Below are positions 1 to 9,031 of a stretch of 11,299 nt of DNA, piece by piece. The notes under the pieces were generated by a model, which did no database searches, was not told the DNA's origin, and saw only the letters and a list, made by a program, of their open reading frames with translations. This DNA is from Fonticula alba ATCC 38817 (Eukaryota > Protista > Nucleariida), in assembly GCA_000388065.2 (NCBI GenBank), contig KB932203.1; one strand, 5' to 3'. The translations under genes were made by a program, and so were the position numbers. The stretch's first letter is position 1, and each line of letters begins with the position of its first letter.

Positions 1-302
1 CCCCCCCCCCCCTCCTACTGGGCTCACAAAGAGAGGAAGGGAAAGGGCGAGGGCGCGGGGGGCAAACACCAAATCCCCGAGCGGCGCCGCTGGCAGAAAA
101 AAAAATACAAAGAAAGGCCGTGAGTGCGAACTTGTGCCCACTGGCACGCTCTACCGAGAGGAGCAGCGAAGGGGGGGGGGGGGGGGCCCTGCCGGCCAGT
201 TCTCGCGGGGCACTCTGCACTGTGTGCGCCCCGCGGGGCCACAAGGGCATGCGCGTGATTCGAGTGTGTGTGCGTGTATTACCGGCGTGATGACGCTCGG
301 GA

Positions 303-1196
303 CTAGAACGACTTGCTGATGGAGACATACTCATTCGAAGCGGGGATGTAGTCCGTTAGCATATACCGATGGGAGTTGGCCTGGAGGAAACTACGTGGCG
401 TGGCCGGGGCGGGGGGCGGAGTGTGAGTTAGTTATGTTTGTTGTGGATATGTGCCCATCTTCCTGCGACTCGTCTTCCCTTTCCCCTCTCTCCCTCTCTC
501 CCTCTCTCCCTCTCTCNNNNNNNNNNNNNNNNNNNNNNNNNNNNNNNNNNNNNNNNNNNNNNNNNNNNNNNNNNNNNNNNNNNNNNNNNNNNNNNNNNNN
601 NNNNNNNNNNNNNNNNNNNNNNNNNNNNNNNNNNNNNNNNNNNNNNNNNNNNNNNNNNNNNNNNNNNNNNNNNNNNNNNNNNNNNNNNNNNNNNNNNNNN
701 NNNNNNNNNNNNNNNNNNNNNNNNNNNNNNNNNNNNNNNNNNNNNNNNNNNNNNNNNNNNNNNNNNNNNNNNNNNNNNNNNNNNNNNNNNNNNNNNNNNN
801 NNNNNNNNNNNNNNNNNNNNNNNNNNNNNNNNNNNNNNNNNNNNNNNNNNNNNNNNNNNNNNNNNNNNNNNNNNNNNNNNNNNNNNNNNNNNNNNNNNNN
901 NNNNNNNNNNNNNNNNNNNNNNNNNNNNNNNNNNNNNNNNNNNNNNNNNNNNNNNNNNNNNNNNNNNNNNNNNNNNNNNNNNNNNNNNNNNNNNNNNNNN
1001 NNNNNNNNNNNNNNNNNNNNNNNNNNNNNNNNNNNNNNNNNNNNNNNNNNNNNNNNNNNNNNNNNNNNNNNNNNNNNNNNNNNNNNNNNNNNNNNNNNNN
1101 NNNNNNNNNNNNNNNNNNNNNNNNNNNNNNNNNNNNNNNNNNNNNNNNNNNNNNNNNNNNNNNNNNNNNNNNNNNNNNNNNNNNNNNNNNNNNNNN

Positions 1197-1239
<43 letters not shown>

Positions 1240-2621
1240 CCTCCGTCTCCCCTGGCGCAAGTGCGGACACAGATGTGCGCCTGGGCCCATGCCGCAGCCG
1301 ACTCAGCCACAGCCAAGTAACCAGCCGCACGCGCGGGGCACGTACTGTAGCAGCTCCGCCAGGTAGTGCGACAGTTCCTCGTACGCCTCGCGTGGCATGT
1401 CCGTCTGGGAGATGAGCTGCGGAAGCTTGACTGTGTGTGTGTGTGGGGGGGGGGTCAGTAAACAGGACGAGGAGCAAGCACTTCCTGGCTACAGGGACAC
1501 GGGCAAAAATGCATGTGCCCGTGTGCGCGCGTGCGCGCACCCTCAAAAGGGGCACTCGGAGAGAGGAGGCAAATGGACGCACCAAACAGCCGCAGAAGAT
1601 GCTCAAAGCCGTAGATCTCGCACAGGCGCCGTCCAGTGGCCGGGGCCGGGTCGACCACCGGGCCGGGGGCCAGGTTGGAGGGCGTCAGTCCGCGGCCCTC
1701 CAAACCAATGGGGCCCGCCGGCTCCGACAGCACGCCCATCATGCCGGATGGCGCGGCAGCCAGGTGCTCCAGCACGGCGCGGGCCTGGTCCGCGTCCTCG
1801 GCCCCCGCCGCGGGGGCGCCCTCATCGGCCCCATCACCCAGGCCGCCAGATGCCCCGGCGTCCGTGCCCCCGGGCGTGAAGGCCCGCATCGCCGCCCGGA
1901 GCTGGGCCCGCTCAAAGCGATAGAGCAGCATCTTCCCCAGCGCCGCGTCGAAGTACAGCCGAATCCCATCGAGGATCTCGCCCAGGGCGTCCTCGCTGGC
2001 GGCCAGCGCCTCGGCCGAGGTCATCGGCATCGGGGGGGCCCCGGCCGAGGGCCCGGAGCCGGTGACCGGGCCGGCCGCCGCACCGGGCTCCGCCGCTTCT
2101 GGCCCGCTGCCGGTGGCAGCTGCCCCGGGGCCCGGGTCTGGCCCGCCACCGGCGGCCACCCCCGACGACTCCACCTTCGGCGAGTACATGGCCATCGAGG
2201 GGGAAACCACACGGCCCGGCGCCGCCTGAGCAAACTCCTCCAGGATTTGCGACACCGATGGATGCCGGGGCAGGGGAACCAGCTGGGTGCAAACCGCGCG
2301 GCGCCCGCACAAACCCGGCCGACATGGAGCGCGCAAAGCATGAGTACATCCCCGACAAGCAGGGCAGGGGAGGGGGGAAAAAAAAAAAAGAAACAACAAG
2401 ACGGAACAAAGGACAAGCGCCCCCCGGGCGCCTCCCGGGAAAGGGCCTCGGCGCACCCTCTGCAGCCGCGTGATGTTCTCCCAGTCGTCATTCAGATAGC
2501 GAACGAAGGACTCCGGCAATTGGAGCACGGCGTCCAGCCGGACGCCCCCCCCGGAGCCGGGGTGATGGCTGCCACCGGGGAAAAGCCCGACCCCGGCCCC
2601 ATGGCCAGCGCCTTCGGCCGT

Positions 2622-2665
<44 letters not shown>

Positions 2666-2980
2666 ATGCCCCCGGCGGGATGTGCAAGTCGCCCAGACCC
2701 CCGGACCCGGCATTCAGGAACGGCCCGCCCGGGAGAAGGGCCCGTGCACGCTTGGCGCTCGGGGCCGGGGAGCTTCCCCGGCTGCTGGAGGGCGAGGACT
2801 CGCGGCTATCATCCTCGGCATAGGAGGCGGGCGCGCCGCCGCGCGAGGAGGACCGCGCGGCGCGGCCGCGTGACGCCGAGCGTGTTGCACTGCCCGGGGC
2901 CGTGGGGTCCGGGGCCGGCGATGTCCCGCGCATGGGGGATGACCCCCGGCGCCGGATGATGTTGTTGGCCTTGGCAGCGA
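303..2980 (-). CDS. EAF3: MRG15/Eaf3 exons 3-6 (2457-2980, 1583-2282, 1346-1430, 303-390): low-complexity linker + MRG domain, TAG stop at 303-305
   Basis: Exon lengths 524, 700, 85 and 88 nt keep the frame. Translation ends ...YLAELLHFLQANSHRYMLTDYIPASNEYVSISKSF*. Confidence 0.9.
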
Positions 2981-4245
2981 CTGCGCGTGCATGTGAGGCC
3001 ACGGCCACAGATCGTCAGCCATGCCCGCGGGCAAAGAGAGGGGCACACCACCGGGGGGGGGGGGGGGGGGAGAGAGCAGAAAATGTCGGNNNNNNNNNNN
3101 NNNNNNNNNNNNNNNNNGGGGGGGACACATGGCAGGCAGGTCAGACTCCGGCCGGCACCGACGAGCGGCCGCAAAAGAGGGCCATCGCCCCGAAAACCCG
3201 ACGCACCATCCACATCCTTAGACAGGGCCATGAGCGAGCAAATGTCGAAGGCCAGCGTGGACAGGACTTCGAATTCGTCGTTGCCGGCATAGCGCTCCAG
3301 GAAGGCACTCCGGGCCTGGGCCGGGTCGACGATCGGCTCGAACTCGTCCACCACGCCCAGGGGGACCACGAAGTCCAGCGGCTGCTTGCTTTGCCAGGCC
3401 GAGATGAAGTCCCCGATGCGCGTGATGATGGCCAGCATCCGGTCGGGGATGTCCCCAGTCTCGGTGTCTGCCGGGGTCGGGAAGATGGGGGGGGGGGGGT
3501 GAGCACGAGGCCATTCGAGGGGTGAGGAGGAGTCGGGAGGACAGAGAAGTGCAAGGGGGGCTGGAGAGCGAGCAAGCGAGGGGGGAGAGAGAGAGAGAGA
3601 GACAGAGGGAGAGCGAGATGCCCCGGCGGCGAGGGCAGAGGCGAAGAAAAGGAAGACCCCCACGCACAGCTCCTGATCACCGACTTGACCACCTGCGCCA
3701 GGCTGCGCACGAAGCCGCGCGTCAGGTCCAGGCCGGCCGCCGCATCCATGTGGAAGTAGAGATTGATCATGGCCTTGAGAGCCCGGCGACAAAGCTCCAG
3801 CAGGGCATCCGGCGACCCGGCCCCCAGGAAGAGGAAGGCACTGCCGGAGGCGGGCAGCTGCCCGGCCAGCATGGCCTGGTACGCCATGAGACCCGGCTCC
3901 CAGAACTGCGTCAGCAGCTGGAAAAGCCCGGGCACATAGGGGCCGAAGGCCGCCCGGCGCCGGGCCAGCGGCTGACTGGCAAAGCTCTTGATGGCCCGCG
4001 CGAGGACGCACACCAGGCGGAACTGCCGCACGAAGCCCCCGGCCAGGGCACCGGCATCGGCCGGCGTGGCCATGGCCGCCGCGCGGAGCTGCTCCCCCTG
4101 CCGGGTCAGGCCCTCGATCAGGCTCTCGACCAGCTTGGGCCAGCGCTCGGCCGAGTCCAGTCGGGCCGCCACCCCGATCAGGTGATTGACCATGCGGAAG
4201 AGCTTCGAGAAGGGCGAGGGGGAACGAGGGGGGGGGGAGGGGGCG

Positions 4246-4285
<40 letters not shown>

Positions 4286-4923
4286 GGGGGGGGGGGGGGG
4301 GGAGGAGGGTCATGTGCATGTCCATGGGCAGGGAGGGGGGGGGGGGGGGCGAGGGGCGAGGGGGCCGAGCCCGGCGTGCGCACTCTGCAGCAACTCCGCC
4401 TGCCGGTCGAGGCCTTCCTTGGTCAGCTTCATGATGCGGCTCTCCGGGACCCACTCGTCCCAGGTGGCCTTCCATCCCTTGTAGTGGATGAAATACTGCG
4501 GGCCATAGTCCGGCCCGGTGGCAAGCGCCTGGCCGCCATACACATGGCTCATGTGCTGGGCGTTGGTGACATTCTCATCAACCCACCGCTTGCGGAGAAT
4601 CTACCGCCAGGCAAAGGGGGAGATGGCGAGGAAGGGAAAGAGTAAGAGAGAGAGAGAGAGAAAGGCAAGGACGGGGCAGCGCCGCAACAAGGAGCCCCCG
4701 CCGGCCCCCGGTGTGGAGTGCGCCCAGACGGGCAGGGCGTGACAGGAGGATGTCAATGTCTTGCTCGTGCGTGCGTGCGTGCGTGCGTGCGCAGCCCGGC
4801 ACACAGGCGCACCTTTGCCTCGTAGATCTGCTGGTGGTGGTAGCAGAGGATCCGCTCGTCGATCTCATAGTTGTACCGCCGGGCGGAAGGGGATCCCGGT
4901 GAAGAGGGGTCCGCTGACATCAT
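303..4923 (-). CDS. EAF3: MRG15/Eaf3-family protein (chromo-barrel + MRG domain). Exons 4813-4923, 4384-4600, 2457-2980, 1583-2282, 1346-1430, 303-390; 1725 nt, about 574 aa
   Basis: Manual splicing gives one open frame with GT-AG introns and consistent phases (0,1,0,1,2). N-terminus ERILCYHHQQIYEAK...QYFIHYKGWKATWDEWVPESRIMK matches the MRG15/Eaf3 chromo-barrel. LPESFVRYLNDDWENIT, LVPLPRHPSVSQIL, GIRLYFDAALGKMLLYRFERAQ, CEIYGFEHLLRLFVKLP and FLQANSHRYMLTDY match MRG-domain motifs (recalled, not searched). The start could be the ATG at 4923 or 4920. Confidence 0.92.
481..1242 (+). repeat. (CT)n / CCTCTCTC-type microsatellite flanking a 680-nt N-gap (517-1196) in the last MRG15 intron
   Basis: CT-rich repeats on both sides of the gap. 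Confidence 0.9.
2622..2663 (+). repeat. (GCC)14 coding trinucleotide repeat = poly-Gly in MRG15
   Basis: Uninterrupted GCC run; the minus strand reads GGC in frame. Confidence 0.95.
3118..3212. repeat. 95-nt exact direct repeat, copy 1 (importin intron 5 start + last 6 nt of exon 5)
   Basis: Base-by-base identical to 11205-11299; begins immediately after the N-gap 3090-3117. Confidence 0.95.
3207..4202 (-). CDS. IPO11: Importin-11-like gene, exons 4-5 (3668-4202, 3207-3467), located inside MRG15 intron 2 in this assembly
   Basis: Exon 4 starts LFRMVNHLIGVAARLDSAERWPKL. Joined to exon 3 (..SDQ) it aligns without gaps to the IPO11 motif NQIATQIAVLIAKVARLDCPRQWPEL (recalled). Later LARAIKSFASQPLARRRAAF resembles VTKTLASKRLAADRKLF. 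Acceptors at 4203-4204 and 3468-3469; GTGCGT donors at 3667 and 3206. Confidence 0.85.
4228..4349 (+). repeat. Poly-G cluster (G36 at 4249-4284, G17 at 4286-4302, G15 at 4335-4349)
   Basis: Direct reading; lies between importin exon 4 and MRG15 exon 2. Confidence 0.95.
4384..4923 (-). CDS. EAF3: MRG15/Eaf3 exons 1-2 (4813-4923, 4384-4600): chromo-barrel domain
   Basis: YEAK|ILRK junction with GTGCGC donor (4812) and TAG acceptor (4601-4602). YFIHYKGWKATWDEWV motif. Exon 2 ends in phase 1 at GTGCGC (4383). Confidence 0.92.
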
Positions 4924-5869
4924 GAGCGCTGGGGGCGCTGGGGCGCTGGGCCTCGCGTCCAGGGGGAGCAGGCAGAGAGGCTGCGAGGGGGAGGAGAGAG
5001 AGAGAGAAAGAGGGAGGCAGGGGGAAGGGGGGGGGGTGAGGGAGAAAAGGGCCACCGAAGAAGGGACAGGAAGTAAAGGAGAGAAGGGAGGAGGGACATC
5101 ACAAGGGACAGCATGAGCAAAGACAAGAGCCCAGGCATGAGCCATAATCACACGATGAGGAGGAGAATGGAAAATGGAGCGCGGAGAAAATGAAAAAACA
5201 TCACAAGGACAAAAGGCCAAACACACCTGCTTGGCGCCTTTCTCGCGCGCGAGCGCGCGCACTACTGGTGCGCGCGCGCCACGGGGGGCCAGCGAGGGGT
5301 GGGTGGGGGGGGGGGGGGGGAACAAAGAGCCGAGGTGCTAGGAAAGGGGGGCGGAGGAGGCGGAGGGTGGGGCAACAGAGCGGTGCCTGGCTCGCTTCTC
5401 ACGCGGGGACACCGGGAAGAGGGACACTAACAGGGGAGGGGGGAGGGGGAGGGGATGCCACTCGTGCGGCCGATTCGGAGGTCTGGGGGTTTCATTTGGG
5501 CCGCCGCTGCTTGGTAGAGGGACACGGGAGGGCGAGGGGGCGTGCGGTCCCAAGGCGGCCATCCTTTCGAGACCAGGGCCGGGGGGACGGACGCGCCAGG
5601 GAAGAGCGCGCCGCCCGCTCGCTGTGCGCGCGGGATCGCGCGCAGAGGGGGAGGCCGCAACGGCCCCTCAAGCTGCCAACGGACACGCGATGCTGCTCCG
5701 GAGAATGGGTGTATTCTACTTACAATATGATGTGCGGGGGGCCGCGCGTGTGGTGGTGGTGGTGGTGGTGGGGGGGGGTAGGGAGGAAGCCAGTCGGCTG
5801 GCCGGCGGCGGGCAGCGGGGTGGCGGGGTGGGGGAGGGTGACGAGCACGCAAGCGTGGCCGCCCCCCCA
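4924..5869 (-). other. Importin 3'UTR / intergenic region / MRG15 promoter and 5'UTR (tandem, same strand)
   Basis: Lies between the importin stop (5870) and the MRG15 ATG (4923). An AT-rich patch at about 5710-5730 may be the importin 3'-end signal. Confidence 0.6.
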
Positions 5870-6594
5870 CTAAGACTCCTCGAGCTTGGCCAGGATGATG
5901 TCGTACACCGAGTCGCCCGGGGAGGCGCCCTGCGACTGCTGCCGTTGCTGGGCCTCATGCGCGACCAGGACGCGCAGGCAGCTGAGCAGCGAAGTGCGCA
6001 GACTTTGTGAAGAGAGCTGGTCCGATTGGGCGATCTGCATGGTGTGTGTGTGCGTGCGGGTTGTTGGCGGCAGTATGTGTGAGTGGTGGCAGAGGAGGGC
6101 GCGTGGCGCGACAGGCCAGGAGAGTGGCCGGGCCGGAGGGGGGAGCGTGTCGCCCCGTGGCCACCGTCGTCGTTGGCAGGATGGCCGATTGCGCGGCTGG
6201 ATGCGGAGCAAGGAAAAAAAAAGCCAGGCGAAAAGGGGCCGTACCTCGCCCTGGCGGATGGCATTAGGGGTCGGCGCGGCCGACCGATGGTAGTAGTCGT
6301 CGTCCTCCTCGTCGTCCTCCCCGTTGGCGTAATTGTCCTCGGCGCCGGCGCCGGACAGGGCGCTGACAGCGCCGCGGCGGTCGGCCGCCTCACGCTTGGA
6401 TTCCAACTGGGCCCGGTGCATGAAGGAGATGGAGCTGGCCGACATGGTCAGCAGTTCCTCCACCAGCCGATGCAGCTGCGGCATCGCCTGGACCTCGGCC
6501 GACTGGGCCCCCGGTGGCAGGAGGATGTCCTGTGCCAGGCGGATGGCAAAAAGTCCGAGAAGTCGGAACTGGAAGGGAGTAGAGAGGCTATCCC

Positions 6595-6648
<54 letters not shown>

Positions 6649-7074
6649 CGAGTGTGCGAGTGTGCGAGTGTGCGAGTGTGCGAGTGTGCGAGTGTGCGTG
6701 TCAGTGTTGTACGCCGGTATGTGGATGCGTGCATGTGCGTGCTTCGAGGGAAAGGGGAGCATGGCGAAAGACAAATGAAGAGAAGGCATCTCTCAGCACA
6801 TGCACATCGCGCAACGCACGGAGTCCTGGACAATAGTGATGAAGTGAACAAGGGCCTGCGAGGCGAGGTGCGGACTGGACGTGTCGGCCAGGCCGGCCAG
6901 ACGGTAGGCCGTCGGCCAGGTACCGAACTCCAGGAAGAGCCTCGCGACCAGGGGGAGGAGGATCGGCCGGAAGAGCCGGGCCTCCGACTGCCGATGGTGG
7001 CCGGGGCGCATGCGTCAGTCATGGGGAGAAGCAAGACAAGAGAAACACACAGGAAGGAGGCGGCGGCGGTGGCG

Positions 7075-7110
<36 letters not shown>

Positions 7111-8688
7111 GAGCCAGGCACACCGGCGCACGCACCGAAGAGATGTCAATCGACTGCAGCAGGACATTCAGCAGACTCGGCGAGGTGGCATCCCCGTGGG
7201 AAAACCAAGCCACAAACTGCCCCAGGGCCGGCGGGCTACCGCCTCCCAGGGCCGGGGCCACCCCCGGGTGCGGGCCCAGCAGGACCGACAGCATCAGTGC
7301 CTCCAGGACTTGGGCCACGCCGGATACCAGGGCCACGCGCGCGGCCACCGATCCGTCGGAGGCGGTCTCGGCGGCGGCGGCGGCCGCCGCCGCGGCGGCC
7401 GCCTCATCAAGCGGGGCCCCGTCCGGGCCGCCTGCCGTGGCCGCATCCAGCGCCCGCAGGGCCAGGCCCGGCTGGATGACATACAGCCGCAGCAGCTCGG
7501 CCAGGGCATTGCGCAGCCCGGCCCCGGCCGGCGAGTCGGCCCGCACCAGGAACGGCGCCCGGAAGTGCACATATGCCCGGAGGATGGACATGGCCACTTC
7601 GGCATTCTCACTGTCATGGAACACCAGGGCCGGGCTCTCGACCTGGTGCTGGCCCTCGAAAAAGCGCTCCAGTGGCGTGGGCATCGGCACCAGCAGGGCA
7701 AACAGAGCACCCAGCGGCTCGGTCAGCTGCTCGGACGCCTCCATCACCGTCAGCCACAGGGAGGTGCCCTCTTCCAGGAGCTGCTGCTGCTGCTGCTCGG
7801 CCGCCGGGGCCAAGATCGACCGGGGGATCAGCTCCCGCACGCAGAAATCCAAGATCACCTGCAGCGGCCGGTCCACCGCGGCTCCAGAGGCCGGCCCGGC
7901 CGCCCCGGCACCCGCGGTCTCCGGGCCCGGCCGCAACCCAGCCAGCATGGTCCGATGTTGCGACAGGGCCGACACCGTCTTCCCGACAAAGGCCAACACC
8001 GCCACCTGGATGGCGGCCCCATGCGAGGCCCCGCCATCGGGGCCCGAGTCGGCAGGCACCGGGGCCGCCACCGGGCCCGCCGGGCCGCCGGCCACACCAC
8101 CCACCGACCCGGGAGGCGCCGCCCCATTGGAGCCCGTGGCCCACGACCACAAGCCCCATAGGAGCTCCTGCAGGGCGTCCACATGCTCCAGCAGGACCGG
8201 CGTCGAGGCGGGCGCCGCGCCAACCGCCTCGATCAGGGTCGACAGGACGGCCAGCACCGTGGCCAGGGCCTCCAGCGACCGGGAGCTCACCTCCAGGCAG
8301 AGCCCAAGCAGGTGCCGCAAAGCCGGCGTCAGGTACGGCTGCAATTGCGTCTCAAAGTCGAAGTCATAGTCGGCAATGCACGCGGCCAGGGCCTGCGACG
8401 CGTACAGCCGCACGGCCAGATCCTCGGCCGGGGCTGTCTGGCTGACCAGCTCCCCGATCATCAATGGCCGCAGCGGCGCGTCCAGGCCAAACTCAATCCA
8501 CTGGGGGATCATCAGGCAGAAGCGCCGCTTCAGGAGATTGGAGCTCCGCAGGGTGTGCAGCCGGGTGCTGTCCAGCAGCGAGCTGAAGCGGAACTCATGC
8601 CGCGAAGAGGGGCTGATGGCCGCCAGCTGCAGGGCGCACCAGATGGCATCGAGCGAGGATTCGGCATCCGCGCCGGCCGGCAGGGCGC
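5870..8688 (-). CDS. IPO11: Importin-11-like gene, exons 7-10 (7136-8688, 6820-6987, 6245-6595, 5870-6034): C-terminal HEAT repeats, acidic patch, TAG stop at 5870-5872
   Basis: DAIWCALQLAA, LKRRFCLMIPQWI, EDLAVRLYASQALAACIADYDFDFE and DSWDSLSTPFQFRLLGL correspond to IPO11 DAVYNAVGLAA, LRRRVIWLIGQWI, QDLVVRIETATTLKLTVDDFEF and DRMDNITQPERRKLSAL (recalled). Acidic EDDEEDDD near the C-terminus. GT-AG introns in phase 0. Confidence 0.88.
6597..6697 (+). repeat. Compound microsatellite (TG)22 + (GAGTGTGC)7 in importin intron 8
   Basis: Dinucleotide run 6597-6640 and period-8 array 6642-6697. Confidence 0.95.
7076..7109 (+). repeat. (CA)17 microsatellite in importin intron 7
   Basis: Direct reading. 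Confidence 0.95.
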
Positions 8689-9017
8689 CTATAGGGGGGA
8701 GAGGGGGAGAGGGGGGGGCGGGAGAGGCACACAGGCGATGCCCGGCATGGGGAGGTCAGAGGCCGCACAAGAGGAAGCACACACGCAGGCGCGCCGAGAG
8801 AGAGAGAGAGAGAGGGGGGGGGGGGCACAAGGGCACGCGAGGCCCGGCCCCGGGCGAAGGGAGGGCACAGGGGGGGGGGGGGGGGGGGGCAGTGGCGAAG
8901 GGGTTAGCCACCCCACCCGGCCCGGGGCGTGATGGGCATTTGTAGGGACACGCCGCCCGGCTATGGCGTCGGGCCCGACAGCAATTGCCGGCCCAACGCG
9001 AACAATATGCAGAGCAC

Positions 9018-9031
9018 AATAAATATATAAT
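9018..9031 (-). promoter_or_regulatory. AT-rich element (minus ATTATATATTTATT): TATA-like box or 3'-end signal
   Basis: A conspicuous AT island in very GC-rich flanks. It also reads AATAAA on the + strand, so function and strand are ambiguous. Confidence 0.35.

Noticed and set aside
391-1606. Long ORFs spanning the 517-1196 gap in all frames
   Set aside because: They are made of X residues and CT/GA repeat translations.
1437-2873. 478-aa + strand ORF
   Set aside because: Antisense shadow of MRG15 exons in GC-rich DNA, with no domain signal.
3118-4349. Transposon-mediated move of importin exons 4-5
   Set aside because: No terminal inverted repeats, target-site duplication or transposase seen; the ends are an N-gap and a poly-G run.
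2809-4484. Long ORFs 2809-4383 (-), 3141-4475 (-) and 3522-4484 (+) taken as single-exon genes
   Set aside because: They run through introns, G-runs and a gap. Only the sub-segments assigned to importin exons 4-5 and MRG15 exon 2 are protein-like.
3207-4923. Chromodomain-importin fusion gene
   Set aside because: MRG15 exon 2 ends in phase 1 while importin exon 4 starts in phase 0, and both parent genes rebuild completely without a fusion.
4920-5870. Small ORFs in the region between the two genes
   Set aside because: Low-complexity translations of repeats with no recognisable motif.
6642-6697. Period-8 array as a CRISPR or telomeric repeat
   Set aside because: No spacers, not a telomere-type G-rich motif, and it lies inside a spliceosomal intron.
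7010-8932. + strand ORFs 7010-8161, 7143-8369, 7573-8445 and 8183-8932
   Set aside because: Antisense shadows of importin exon 7.
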